From: Octopus bimaculoides
Taxonomy: Eukaryota
Length of the DNA stretch: 64,000 nt
Assembly (NCBI RefSeq): GCF_001194135.2
Contig: NC_068983.1
Location: 84,453,147-84,517,146 of the forward strand
Direction: 5' to 3'
The notes beneath the pieces were generated by a model. The model had not been told where the DNA came from. It saw only the letters and a program-made list of their open reading frames with translations, and did no database searches. Every line of letters starts with the position of its first letter. Position 1 is the stretch's first letter. A program made the position numbers and the translations under genes. This document shows, one piece after another, positions 1 through 14,356 of the stretch.

Positions 1-772
1 TCTTCTTAAAATGTTATTCTATAGTCTTAAAAAGATAACATTGGGAAATGTAATCTAACACATCTTTAAAGAGACCATTTGGTATCAGCTATAATGTCTT
101 CAGTTATATATCTGCTCGATTTCGACTGACCTGGAACTGAGCAAATTCTAAATACGCTAAAATAATTTTAAGGCAGTTTGATTTACCTCCCTTTCTTTCG
201 CTGTCACTTTTGAAAATCCCTTTTGATAGAGAATTTGTATGTTCTGAATTTTATGTCCAATTTATTGGAACAGTATCAATATATACCTTTGAATATATAT
301 TAATAAAACCACTTGATTAACCATTTGATATTTAAATAAAAATAGCTGAAAGAGAAAGGCCGAAAAGGAGAGCGAAAGAAGGAGAGAGAATAAAATGACA
401 TGAAAATCTAGACAACCTTAAATTCTGAACAAATGTTTGTTTTCAGCCGCCTCCTCAGTTCACGTTGAATTGAATGGAAGACAAAACTATTTTCTTTATG
501 CACACTTTTCTCTGGAAGTGATTTTCAAGAGGAGATTGGTTGTAGAGGAAAAGATCTGACTAATTTTTCCAACCTTGTTCACTATCTCACCATTTTTTGT
601 CATAGCAAATAATGATGGTAAGATCAATTTTTGCTGGTAGGACTCATGTAATATCTGTTTTTGATAGGTAGCATACTTAAACCACAGCCGAGTTAACACC
701 ACCACCTAGACCTTGAGTGTTTTAGCGGAGTCTGCTCAGCTGCAAGCATTCAGAGAATGTTCCTAGTCTGAA

Positions 773-1016
773 AGTAGAAGCATGTGGCTTGGTGGTTAGG
801 GTGTTGGACTCATAATTGTAAGATTGTGGTTTCGATTCCTGACACATTGTGTTCTTGAGCAAAACACTTAATTTCACATTACTCCAGTTCACTCAGCTGG
901 CAAAAATGAGTAATCCTATGGTGGACCAGCATCCCATCAAGGGGGTTAATATATACATCATGGACACTGGGAAACTGTCCCTATGAGTGTGTACAACTCA
1001 GGAAGGATCTCTTATC
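773..1016 (+). mobile_element. tRNA-derived SINE with 11-bp target-site duplication
   Basis: A-box-like ggcttggtggttagg and B-box-like ggtttcgattcc; flanked by CCTAGTCTGAA at 762-772 and 1017-1027. Confidence 0.85.
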
Positions 1017-1199
1017 CCTAGTCTGAATAACTCAAATATGTGCAACCAATGTTCCCTGATTTTTTTGCTCTCCCCCCTAATCAGACTTGGAGTCCTTGTT
1101 AGTTTCACAGATGCTGCTTTTCCTTTCTGAATGAGACAAAAAACAAAACAAAGCAAAACAAAGACATCGTTCTTACAGGGTACATCTGCCTAAATAATT

Positions 1200-2030
1200 T
1201 ATTCAAATTTTGGCACAAACTTAGCAATTGGGGAGTGGGTAATCAATTACATTGACCCCAGTACTTGAGTGGTACTTATAGACCCTGAAAAGATGAATGG
1301 CAAAGTTGATCTCACTGGTATTTGAACTCAGAATATAAAGAGATAGGAGTGCTGCTAAACATTTTCCCCATGTGCTAATGATTCTGTTAGCTTACTACCT
1401 TACCTTGTCACTACTACTACTACTACTTTCTACTATGGGAACAAGGCCTGAAATTTTGTGGATGGGTGACTAGTACATCAACCTCGGTAATCAACTGGTA
1501 TTTACTTTATCAAACCTGAAAAGATGAAAGGCAAAATTGACCTCAACAACATTTGAACCCAGAATGGGAAAATTGATGAAATGCTGCTAAGCATTTTGTT
1601 CAGCATGCTATCAATTCTGCTAGCTCACTACTTTTTTAACAATGATAATAATAATCCTTTCTACAATAGACACAAGGTCTGAAATTTTGTGGGAGGAGAA
1701 TAGTCAAATACATTGACCCCAGTGATGGATCAGTACTTAATCTATCAACCCTCGAAGGGATGAAGAACAAAATTGACCTTTGTAGAATTTGAACCAAAAA
1801 AAAAAAAAAAAAATCCTTTCTACTTAAAGGCACAAGGCCTGAAATTTTGGGGGAAGGGGCTAGTTGATTACATCAACCCCAGTGTTTCACTGGTACTTAA
1901 TTTATCAACCCCAAAAGGATGAAAGGCAAAGTTGACCTCAGCAGAATTTGAACACAGGATGTAAAGACAGACTAAATACCACAAAGCATTTCACCCAGTG
2001 TGCTAATGATTTGACCAGCTTGATGCCTAA
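1200..2030 (-). mobile_element. Cluster of about four tandem copies of a second SINE family (gagctggcagaa...gtaccag...ggccttgtgcc type)
   Basis: Repeated ~200-bp unit (aaaggcaaagttgacc...atttgaac...agcattt), also seen at 11262, 13480, 43530 and elsewhere. Boundaries approximate. Confidence 0.8.
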
Positions 2031-2623
2031 TAATAATGATGATGATGACGATGACGACAATAATAATAATAAATGCCCTGATGCAGTGTTATGCAGTGGC
2101 TCTCATAGCTTTTGATCTTAACTAATTGAAAGTGTTATCATGTACATATTTTGTCTTGGTATAAAAGATGAGCTACAACAAATATTCTGCTCAATACCAC
2201 AGATTTGCTTGTCAATTGTTTGACCTTAACCAGTTGAGCATGTCCCTTGGTGGCTGACAATATGTGCATCTCTGATTACGAGCAGAAGTAGTGGGGGAGC
2301 ATCATAGCCATGTGATGAGAGGAATTCTGTGGAGTTTGAATAATTCACCTCTGGAAATATGGGAGTTTCATTCAACATCCTTAAACAAACCTTGTTCAGG
2401 GAGCTTTTGGGGAGGATGAGCTACTTGACCTGAAAAGCATTCTAACTGGGCTCCACCTGCAAGGTCATGTGCTGTTTATCTTGTGCTTGATATGTCATGT
2501 ACATATGGTTGTGATGCATGTGCCTGGTGTACCCTTATTAGATGAGTAGTCATGATGGGTATATTGGGTTTCGTATATGTGTACCCCAGTTTCACTTTGA
2601 TTGCATACTCTGCTCTCTCACTG

Positions 2624-2632
2624 AATAATAAA

Positions 2633-2700
<68 letters not shown>
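2624..2700. repeat. (TAA)n microsatellite
   Basis: Direct inspection; explains the poly-Leu ORF 2476-2709. Confidence 0.97.
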
Positions 2701-2703
<3 letters not shown>

Positions 2704-4944
2704 TGACACTTTCTAAATTTGAGGTGAAAAGATAAGTTGACATCAATACTAGTGTTTGACTGGTATATTATTTTATTGATCTTGAAGGGATGAAAGGCAA
2801 TGTTGACTTGAGTGGAATTTGAATTCAGAACATAAAGAGCTGCATGAAATATTGATAAGCATTTTACCCAATGTTTGCCTTAAGGTCTGCAAAAATCATT
2901 TAGGACAATACAAATGTAGACCAAGACACTTATATTTGATTACCCTATCGTTGCTTAACAATACTTTAAAATAAAATAAAAATAAATAAAACAAGATTTC
3001 TAAAAAAAATTTCTTACAACTAAAATCTCTGGCTAATCCACACCGTCTTTGATGATGAATAGAACTGATATATCAAATATGTAGAATGGTAGATGATCCC
3101 CAATTGTTAGTTTTGTAGTTATACTTTGTATTTGCAACATTTTTTTTTCCTGCAATCTACTATCTGTTCACTATTGGCAGACCACCAAACAACAGAGACT
3201 GTCTGGCACCAAGGCTGGCTTTTCTGAGATGGAAAGTATTTGACAAGTACTTTACAGTTCATTCAGTGAAAGCAGACTAATTGTCACTTCCTTTCCATTA
3301 ACCTTTGCCCCATTTCATAGAGGAAGCCTCTATGTAATTACTTAAACTGCAAGAAATAGCAATTATATCTCACTCAAATCATAGCTCCACCACTTTAGAA
3401 AAAGCAAGGTTTTGTGTAATGTTTTGGTCTTTGGACATGGCCTGGGTCTTCATCAGTTACAACAATGAGTGTTCCAGTTGATACAATCAACTGAATAGCT
3501 TGCTGGTGAAATTAATGTGAAGTGGCTGAGCAATCCACAGTTACATGAATCCTTAATGTTGTTCTCAGGGAGATTCAGCATGATACAGAGTATGATGAGG
3601 CAGGCCCTTGAAATACAGGTACTACTAATTTTTGACAGCTGAGTGGACATTAAATAAAGTGTCTTCCTCAAAGACACAATGCACCACTGGGAATTGAACT
3701 CACAACCTTACCATCATGTACTGAATATTCTAACCACTAAGCCATATGCCTTCACTGCTTTGGACATGGAACTCAGGGTGACATGATCCTGGGTTTCCTG
3801 CACATACAAAAAAGAGAAGATGCTCCCTGCCAGAATGCCTTTGGTCATAAATCTGCTAGATCAGTGCTAACTTGAGGCTAAACAACAACAACATCAACAT
3901 CTATCTCAAAGACAGAACACATTGGTGCAACACTGTAGCCAACCATAGTTCCTTTTTCTGTTGCACTTTCTATAACTGATTATTGTACTTCCAACTTTTT
4001 CTTCACATTTGAGAAAATAATCAGAAAATTCAAAATTTTAACAGTGCTCAAGTTATCTCTAAGATTACCTTCAAAAAGGAATCACTATCTATATTAGATA
4101 TCTTACTAATATTTACCTGTTAAAGTCTGTGCATACTTACTTAAAAATCTTGACCTGATTTACAAGAATATCAACATCTTGATTCTTTCTTCTTTCATTG
4201 ACATTTTTCTAATGAACACTTAGAAACTCTATCAAACTTTATTCACTGACACTTAACACAAGCTATGGGAAAATATGCATAGAATAGCCTTATACAATGA
4301 ACTCTTCTCTGGTTGTAAGGGTATCTCAGACTTGGATTTGTAAGAAAGGATAAAAATTTCTTTTTTAATGGACTATGATCATTATTTTATATCCTTGGGA
4401 TGATATTTACAATGTACACTATTTTGATACCCCTCTGGTTGGCAGACTACAGGAACTGTGTAATGTATTTCACTACATAAACATCATTATGTATAATAAT
4501 TGCAAAAATCATTAAAATACTTATTCTGAGCCTATGTATAAGAATGTGTGTGACTATAGTTTTCATGCTTATATGTAACCTCCAGCCAGCTATTCAGCCA
4601 GAGGGCATTGAACTAAGTAAGAAGTTAGAATGTTTATTTAGGCCAAGGGTAATGTATTTTAAGAAAAAATAAATAAAGGTAAAAAGATATGACTTTTTAT
4701 ATGTATAATCTTTAATTTAATAGCATTCAATAGCTTAAATACCAAGCCCATCAGTGAAAATATAAAATGCATGTTTACAAACCACACCCTGGTATATCAA
4801 AAGCAAAGGAAACAGTTAAGCTACTCTTTCATAAAAATGTGGCTCTTGTGCATATCTTCTAAGTGTTTATGGCCAACTGAAATATTTATGCCAATTAGTC
4901 TTTGCTTTAATCATATAATATATCTTTTATTAGTTGATACAAGA

Positions 4945-5690
4945 TCATCATCATCGTTTAAAGTCCGCTTTCCATGCTAGCATGTGTTGGACGATTTGAC
5001 TGAGGACTGGTGATCCAGATAGCTACACCAGGCTCCAATCTGATTTGGCAGAGTTTCCACAGCTGGATGCCCTTCCTAATGCCAACCACTCCGAGAGTGT
5101 AGTGGGTGCTTTTACGTGCCACTGGCATGAAGGTCAGTCAGGCGGTACTGGCAACAGCCATGCTCGAAATGGTGTATTTTACATGCCACCTGCACAGGAG
5201 CCAGTCCAGCGACACTGGCAACGATCTCACTCAAATGACTTTTCACATGCCACCGGCATAAGTGCCAGGAACGTGAAGCTGTGGCACAAGTGCCAGGAAG
5301 GCGACGCTGGTAACGATCATGCTCGAACGGTGGTGCCATCACAATTTTGCTTTCGCTTGCCCCAACAGGTCTTTGCAAGCNNNNNNNNNNCGACGCTGGT
5401 AACGATCATGCTCGAACGGTGGTGCCATCACAATTTTGCTTTCGCTTGCCCCAACAGGTCTTTGCAAGCAGAGTTTAGTGTCCAATGGAGGAGACGTTGG
5501 CATGGGGGTCAGTCGTTGAATTTAGTTCGATTTCGATTTTACTTGCCTCAACAGGTCTTTGCAAGCGGAGTTTAGTGTCCAATGGAGGAAAGGTACGCAT
5601 AAGTGGACTGACTACATCCCTGGCAGAGGACTTGGATTTTGGTCTCACTTGGCTTGCCGGGTCTTCTCACGCACAGCATATTTCCAAAGG
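4945..5690 (-). mobile_element. 5'-truncated RTE-clade LINE 3' end
   Basis: (GAT)n tail on the - strand, ggatgcccttcct 3' motif, internal tandem modules, and ORF C-terminus LWKYAVREKTRQAK* at the 5' junction. Confidence 0.8.
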
Positions 5691-6152
5691 TTTTGGTAAT
5701 GACTTTTCTTTGCATTACAGGTGTAATTTAAGTTGATTAGGCTTATTTGATTTGGTTTCTTAGCCTGCTTTTAACTATGTGTAGTTAATAGTTGTACAGT
5801 TTTGAGAACAAATGCATATCAATTTGTTAATATGTTTATTTGTTTTTGCAAGAGAAATCTTGAATCTTAAATTCATTTCCTATTTAGGAAAGGTCTCTTG
5901 CAGTAGAATATTTTCTAGCACATTTCAACAATGCATTCATAGAGAAGATCACAGAGAGTATCAATAGTCATTTGTTGTTTTGTGATTCTGATTATGGGAT
6001 GTATCAAAGCCAATGGAAAAGTCATCAAAGGACAGTGATATTGATTGCTGAAATATACACTTCATATGCTACATGTAATGAAAACATCAATAAAAATATT
6101 GGTTGAGAGATTCTGCATCACTAGAAACAGATACCTTGGGTTACATAGGTAT

Positions 6153-6477
6153 GTGAAGGTGTGTGGCTTAATGGTTAGGGCATTCAGCTCATGATTGTAA
6201 GGTCGAGAGTTTAATTCCTGGTGACACGTTGTGTCCTTGAGCAAGACACTTTATTTCATGTTGCTTTAATCCACTCAGCTGGCAAAAATGAGTAGTACCT
6301 CTATTTCAAAGGGCCAGCCTTGTCACACTCTGTGTCACACTGAATCTCCCTGAGAACTACGTTAAGGGTACATGTGTCTGTGGAGTGCTCAGCCACTTGC
6401 ATGTTAATTTCACAAGCAAGCTGTTCCGTTGATCATATCAGCTGGGACCATCATCGTCGTTACCAACAGAGTGCTCC
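6153..6477 (+). mobile_element. tRNA-derived SINE with 11-bp TSD
   Basis: Same head family as 773-1016; TACATAGGTAT at 6142-6152 and 6478-6488. Confidence 0.85.
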
Positions 6478-9400
6478 TACATAGGTATAAACACTGACCC
6501 TATTGCTGAAAAAAGATTTTGAAAAATATGTGAAACCCTTAACATTGAAAAAAATTTTTTTACTTGTTCTTATCCATTTCAAAGGATGTCAATTATGAGT
6601 CTCTGACTTTAATAAAAGAATGAATATTATTCAAAAAATTTGCACATTATTGAAGACATTGGTTTGGGATAAAAAACCACAAGTTACTTTTGATTGCTAA
6701 ACAGGCCTTGACTTTGATATTTTCAAAACTGGTACTTTTGAAAATTATGGACCCATAATAATAATAATAATAATAATAAAAGTACAGAAGTACAAAGGGT
6801 AAGGCCACTTTCTTTATACTGACTGTTGTGACTCTAGTCTTAATCTGTCTTTGTAGTTATACAAATGAAATATTTGCCTTGTTAGAACAAGTGGAGAAAA
6901 AAAAATGTTCTAGAATTTTCTAAGCTGAAATCAAATGATGAAAGAAAAAGCAAACAATGTTGTAATTTGTTGGCCATGGAAAACATAATATAATAATGTT
7001 CTTATTTTATAAAATACCCATGATAAATAACGATGAAATGAATCTCCAGATAAGTGAAATATTAATAAATAAATAAAAAATATATAAATAACCTGATTAT
7101 GCCACTGACTCCTTGTAAAACATACTTCTAATAAACAAAGCTAAGCTGCAGCTAACAATAGTGGAATGTTTGAGAAAATCAGTCAAATAGTATACAATTC
7201 TCTCATTTCACATGTTAGATTTAACAATGCTGAATGCTTATGACTTTCATATTTATTGAAGGCAGGGGTAGGAGGTAGTTTTTTTAAAATTAAAATTTCA
7301 AAAGAAAAAACAATTTAATAGAGGTCATTCAAATAACTTGTTGAAAAATATGGCCCCTTCGATTAATGTTAGGTGTAGTAGGTTTAGTGCTGTAAATTTT
7401 ATACAAAAGCTATTATCCTGATGATATACTGCCAATAGGAATTGAAAACAAGGGACATCACAGATATTTTGTATATACAAACAATAGTATAGATATCAAG
7501 AGAAGTTCATATGTAACAAATTGATGTACAGAATGTAAGCTTTGTCTATATTTGGGGGATTGTTTTAGAGTTTATCATACTTGAATAACATTTTAGTGAA
7601 TCAGACTTTATGTAAGTATTGGTCTTATATGAACGCTTCATTAGAAACTATGATACAAAACTCAATATTAGGTGCAGATGTGGGTGTGTGGTAAGAAGCT
7701 TGCTTTCCAACCACATGGTTTTGGGTTAATCCCACTCTGTGGCACAGTCGGCAAGTGTCTTTTACTATAGCCTTGGGCTGACCAAAGCCTTGGTAGATGG
7801 AAACTGAAAGAAGTCCATCGTATATCGTCATCATCCTCGTTATTTAATGTCTGCCTTCCATCTAGCATGAATACCTACCTACCTATATTTATTTTATCTT
7901 TTTTTTTCATTTTTGTTTGTGATATGAAAATGTCACATGAAAATGCAAACATAATTAAAAAAAGAGTTCATTATCACTATTTTGTGTTCACTAAATTACA
8001 GAATATATTGAAGATGTAATTGAAACTACAATTGTTAGAGAATGGGATCTGAGTGAAATAACTCTTGTTTTAATGTTTTAAGAAATCAGTTGTTTACAAC
8101 AGAATTAAGTTAACTACTTGACAGCTATGAGTCTTAAAGAATGAAAAGCAAGGTAGGAAACCGACTTTTAAATTACAAATAAATGGTTATTTATTCCAGT
8201 GAGTCTATTCTGAGTAGTTTTGAGTTAAAGGGAAGTAATTTCTTGTTTTTTTTTTTAACTAAATTTCTTTTGACAAGTCCCAAAGCCAAAGTAATAGGCA
8301 AAAGATTAACTAGTATTAAAATGTTATGATCAATATTTAAACAACAACAACAACAACAACAGTTTCATAATGAAGAGCTGGGAACAGTGGTAATTATAAA
8401 TAGGTGAACTCAAGAATAACAAAATCACAGAGCATCCAGGACTACACTATTCACTGTGTTATTTTACACTAAGATATTAACGTGTGATTTGAACACAAAT
8501 TATCTGCTGTTTTTCTTACGTTAAATGACCTTCGTTGGTTTGAGAGTGGAACAAGGTAGATGATGGGAACTAGAATAAAGACTAGACCAAAAACCAAGGT
8601 TATAAGCATGGAGTTGAGTGTGTGGTGGAAACTGACCAGCAGATTGTTTTTAATATTTTATACTAGATTTTGTCTTATTTGTGATTGACTGTGCTTATTG
8701 GAGCACAAAATGTTAAAAACATGACTAATCAATTAGAATCAATTTTTGAATCTACTCTTGCTGGACCGTAGGTGGATGTCAGTGGCTATGGATGGGCATC
8801 TTAAAATTCAGTGCTTGCTGAATTGTTGCATCAGTAATAATTTAATAGAGAACAGGATTTGAGGTAATGTGCCAGTGAATAAGGCAGTCAACTTCCCAAG
8901 ACATTATGCATGATTTTCTGCATCTATAGGACATGGTAGTGGGAGTGACTCTGCTCTCCACTGTCAGGACTGCACTATCAAGGGACACATATCAGTGGGC
9001 AACAGTGCAACAAGACATATTGTTTTCCTAAAACTGGACACCTAGCTCAAGTAGTTTCAACAAAGTGAACTCTCATGAATGTACATACATCCAGGAGAGG
9101 GTGTAAACCAGGCAATAGGTAGCTGCTACAACACTTTACATATTCTGGTGGCAATAAAGCTCTGTGTTCTGATTGACTGTATTCTGGACGCACTGTTTCT
9201 AATAATAAATAAATAAAATAATCTCATGCACATGGTTCTGGTTTCAATCTCACTGTTTCGTACATTGGGCAAGTGTCTTCTACTATCATTGTGAGTAGAT
9301 GTGGTAGACGGAAACTGAAAGAAACCCATAGTGTGTGTGTGTGTGTGTGTGTATGTGTGTGTGTGTGTGTGTGTAGGTATCTATATGTATATATCTTTGT

Positions 9401-9854
9401 GCTTGTGTTTGTCTCCCACCACCGTTTGACAATTTGACAACTGGTATTGGTTTGTTTATGTCCCCATAAATCAGTGTTCAGTAAATAGAGACTAACAGAA
9501 TAAATACCAGGTTTAAAAAAATAAGTACTGTGCCCCAGTATGACTGTAATCCAATGATTCAAACAAACTATGTGTGTGTGTATATCTCTTTCTCTGTCTA
9601 TGTATGTACATATGTATGTATGTGTGTGTATGGGTCTGTTGTCCATAAGTCAGAAAACCCCCCCACTAATTTTGAGAAGTTATTCGTATGTCCAAATTTG
9701 ACCAAATGCGTTTTTTTCAATATTTATTTTTGCTTGCAATAGTCAGTACTTTTGGTCAAACTATCGTATCTTCAGATGTCAAGATATCAAAAACTGATAT
9801 AGTGTAGTACAATGGTTTTGCCATTGCAACGATTTATATAATAAAACGGTACAA

Positions 9855-10730
9855 TAGTACATCTTTGGTTATGGCAGAAACAATGGTTTTGTGTCTACTA
9901 TTGCACTTGGCAATATAGATGACTCATCAAACCTATTGACTGGAAGCACTTAGTCTCTTTACTGATGGAGGTAAATATACAATCTTTGTCAGTTCAGTAA
10001 GGAAAAAACAAACGATAAAAACCGCTACTGAGAGAGAAAGAAGAGTTGCTTCCCCTTGTATGATTCCAACTGTAGCTAAATTAAATTAGTTGTGCCTACT
10101 TTAGATTATTTCTGTTTTCTAGTCTACAGATTGAGAAGACCATGTTTCTGAAACGATTTTTCGCAATGGCAAAAACTTCACTTTTTGAACACAAGAAGGC
10201 ACCTGTAAGATGCAAATGTTTAAAGGATAATTGTTCTTTTGGCTAAGCAAAGTTTGCATTGTCTGTTTCCATTGAAGTACCCAGTTGTTCCAGTAGCATA
10301 TATAGTTGGTTAATGATATAATATTGTGTTCCCCAGGATTGTAAAAGGAGATCTGTAGTTATTTTACCTGACCTCAAGTGGGTTCTCTGTTGCTCCAACA
10401 TATTTCCATGTGTGCATCCTTTCATTGCTGGAAATGTGGTCTTCCCCATTTGCAGACTAAAGAATGAAAATAACATGCAGACACAGCTGACTTCAGCCAC
10501 AGCTGGAATCATATAAAGGGAGGCAATTCTTTCTCGCTTAGAAAGATTTTTTTTCTTTTTAACTATCAAACTGACCAAAACTGTATATTTACTTCCATCA
10601 GTAAATAGGCTATGTACTTCTGGCCAGCAGGTCTTATGAGTCATCTATATTGCCCAAAGTGGAACAGTAGACACAAAGCCAATGGTGACTTTCTGACTAA
10701 TTATATGCCATAACCAAGGATGTACTACTT
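9855..10730. repeat. Diverged ~300-bp inverted repeat (MITE-like)
   Basis: 9855-10152 aligns by eye with the reverse complement of 10428-10730 (e.g. agtacatc-ttggttatggca, gcaatatagatgactcat, tttactgatgga-gtaaatatac, atgattcca-ctgt). Confidence 0.75.
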
Positions 10731-11261
10731 GATTACATAAAAATATTTGTATATAGTTTATACAGTTTTATAAATTTAGTCCCATAACAGCCAGTTGGTT
10801 TCATGCTAAAAAATTCTTCTTCCAATGGAAGTTTAATTTAATACTTGTCAGACATAGCTGACTGGAGAAGTTCAGCATGGGTCCTTTAATACTGGAGGTC
10901 TGGAATGTTCTATTTGGTGAATGAGTCATAGACCTCCAGCACAAAATATCCCAGACCATACTTTATGCTAAAAACTATTTTCTCTTTATAAGAAACTTTG
11001 TAGAATCTTAAATTTAGCTCAGTTTATTTGTCTTGAATTATGCTGTGCTGATGATTCCAAAGGAAGATGAAATAGTGCTATACATGGCTACCAAAGACTA
11101 GGAACTTTAAGAACTTCATATTATGTAGAAAGAAAAAGAAAAAAATTAAATGTGCATAAATTCCTCAACTTAGTTTAATCTTGAAGCGATTTTCTCTCCT
11201 ATAAAGCACACCCCATGCTATTTCTGTTGATATTTAATGATTAATATGTTTAATTTTAGTA

Positions 11262-11715
11262 AGGTGACAACCTGGCAGAATCATAAGCAAAAGGCTTACT
11301 GGCATTTTGTCCATCATTATATTCTGAGTTCAAATTCCACTGAGGTCAACTTTGCCTTTCATCCTTTTGGGATTGATAAAATAGGTGCCAGTTGAACATT
11401 GGGTTGATGTAATCAACTTAAACCCGCTCCCAAAACTGCTGGTCTTGCACCAAAATTTGAAACCAATATTTAATAATTGATATAGTTTTAGTAAGGCGGT
11501 GAGCTGGCAAAACTTTTAGTACACTGGGTAAAATGCTTAGTGGCATTTTGTCTGTCTTTACATTCTGAGTTCAAATTCCACCAAGGTCAACTTTGTCTTC
11601 CATCCTTTTGAGATTAATATAGTAAGTACCAATTGAGCACTGGGGTCATGTAATTGACTTACCCACTCTCCAAAATTGCAGGCTTTGTGCCAAAATTTGA
11701 AATCAATATGTATAG
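11262..11715 (+). mobile_element. Two tandem SINE copies (gagctggcagaa family)
   Basis: Two ~210-bp units, each ending ccaaaatttgaaa-caatat. Confidence 0.8.
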
Positions 11716-13076
11716 TTTTAGTTTGGGTAGGTACTGTGAACCTTGTATAACCAGAGGGTACATCCCTGGAAATAATGTATCCATTATAAGTTCAAAGAAG
11801 GCTATTCTCTCTGCTAAGTTTGCTGTTCACTTCTAATTTGTAGGAGGTATTTATCTATGCAATCTGTTGATATGATGAATATTTCTCCATATTTCTATTC
11901 AGTGCATTTTATAATTCTATGTAAAATTTTCTTAACAGAAAACAGAGTCTTAAATTATATAGTATTTTAAGTTATTTCATTGTGTATTCTAAGTTATTTC
12001 TTATTTTCTTTGAGAACAGTTGGACTAAACTTAGAACATTGCCTTTTGAAGCCTCTAGCTCTAAAGGCCTCAGTCTTTATGAACACCTGTTCATGTTTCA
12101 TATTTGTTTTTTGTTTACTATCATCACCTTTTATATATTTGTATATGTGCTTTTGTATGTAGACTAATCAATTAATCAATCAAGTTTTAAAGAATTGGAT
12201 TAAAAAAATTAATATCCTGGGACTCAAAGAAAAAGTTTTTCAAATCGCACCCTGCATATTCAGATTTTTTTATCTGCTATCCAAGGTTAACTGGACTGAC
12301 TTGTCCTGAAGAGAAATATGGAGAAGTGTGTGTGTGTGTGTGTGTTTGTGTGTGTAAGTATGTGTGTGTGGTTAATTTTTGGAGACTTCATTAGTGGGAG
12401 TAAAAAAGAAAAAAGAATGAGCTGATGGAAGAAAGAAGGACAAGAAGAAAGAAAGAGAAAAGAGAGAAAGAAAGAGAAAAGAAAGAGAGAAAGAAAGAAA
12501 GAAAAAGACCAAACTATACAATCTGTGTGTGTATTTGTCTTTGTTCCTGCTCCCACCATTTGACAACTGGTATTGGTTTGTTTATGTCTATGTAACTTAG
12601 CAGTTTAGTAAAAAGAGACTGATAGAATAAGTACCCCAACTGGGGTTGATGTATTTGAGTAAGCCCTTTATAGCACTGCCCCAGCATGGCCACAGTCTAA
12701 TGGCTGAAACAAATAAAAAGTTAAAGCTAAAAGATATTAATCTAACCTGGAGGTAAACACTCAGTGGCATTGGTATTTCATCTTGTATGAAAAAGTATTT
12801 GCATGTGAGACAAGATACCAATAGGTGTATTTCTGAACAGATACCTGACAGGCATTAGTTATCATCTAAATATGGTTATAGTCTATGGAGTCATCATTCT
12901 AATCAAAGATTGAGTAAAAAGAAAAAAAACAAAAACAAAAACACAACAAAAAACAAACAAACAAACAAACAAAACAACAAAACTCTGACTCACTCTATAG
13001 TAAAAGTTGAGTTTTAAAATTCTCAGACATGTATGCATTTACACGAATTAAATTCTACAATAATTTTCATCTTGAC

Positions 13077-13289
13077 ATTGTTATACTTAGGGATGGTCAT
13101 ATTTTGCTAATGAAACTTGCGCACTATATATTTGGTCTTCATTTCAGCTTTTATTATTATTATTTTAGTTTAATTTGTCAAAGCTCTTTCATCACACATC
13201 CTGTGACCTCTTCAACGACTCTTTATTCCACGTCTCCTCTTGTTCTGCATGTTTAATTGGCAAAATATGACCATCTCATGTATAACAAT
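13077..13289. mobile_element. Small MITE-like element with ~40-bp imperfect inverted termini
   Basis: attgttatacttagggatggtcatattttgctaatgaaac versus the reverse complement of the right end, attgttatacatgagatggtcatattttgccaattaaac. Confidence 0.6.
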
Positions 13290-14356
13290 ATCTGTTTCAG
13301 TACACAATTTCACATCAAGAATCTTGAAAAACAAATGGATAGACATTTCAGCTTGACTTTCTGTTGGCTCTCAGGTTATCTATGAACACTCACAATCTCT
13401 TTTAAAAATTATGCTTAATAAATCATAATTAAAAAGAAATGCCTAAAATTTTTGCTAACTTTATAAATAATTCTTTCTACTATTGGTAAATGTCTGAAAT
13501 TTTGGGGAGGGGAAAATCAATTACATCAACTCCAGTGCTCAACTGGTCCTTGTTTTATCAACCTTGAAAGTATGAAAGTTAAAGCTGGCCTTGGTGGAAT
13601 TTGAACTTAAAATATAAAGAACAGGAAGAAATGCCACTAAGCACTTTGTTTAGCACAGTAATGATTCTCTCAAATCACTGCCTTAATAATCTTATCAATA
13701 CTGATATCAAATTTTCGCACAGGGCCAGTAGTTTTTGAGGAGAGGGAGTAGTTAATAACATTGACCCCAGTGTTCAACAGGTACTTATTTTTATTGACCA
13801 TGAAAGGATGAAAAGCAAAGTTGACCTTGGTGGAATTTGAACTCAGAATGTAAAGACACACAAAATGCTGCTAAACATTTTGTCCAGCATGCTAATGATT
13901 CTGCCAACTTCCTGCTTTAAAAACCTTATAAATAATAAAATCATCAATACAAAATTGCAAATCCTAATCTGGGGAAAATTTTCCACCTGGATAAAATTCT
14001 AAGTTTCCAAGAGGCAAAGTATTCTTCAGTTGAAAAATTCTTCGTTATAATTTATATTCTTTTATTTGATTGATCAAGGCAGAACTTGAAGCTGAAAGAG
14101 ATGCCACTAAACATTTTTGTCTGGTGTGCAAGTGATTCTAACAGTTTGCTGCCTTTAACATCAAATTAATGATTGAAAGCTGTTAATGTTATTTGATGCA
14201 TTGCATTGCATGCAAAACTTTTTACTTATCATGTATGTGTGTGTGTGTGTGTGTGAACTGAAAAAAGTGAATAAATACAGAAAAAAGAAAAACACTGCTA
14301 TAGTATAATAAATATAGCAATTCCCTTTGAAACATATATATATATATATATACACA

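Noticed and set aside
447-705. Exon-like segment (tttcag acceptor at 446, gtaag donor at 618) and ORF 496-705
   Set aside because: All three + frames contain stops between these splice sites; the - ORF has no recognisable homology.
8002-8081. Acceptor followed by (E)YIEDVIETTIVREWDLSEITLVLMF*
   Set aside because: Only 26 codons, and the phase does not link to the other candidate exons.
10892-10939. 10-bp stem hairpin ctggaggtct/agacctccag as a pre-miRNA
   Set aside because: The stem is too short and the interior pairs poorly.
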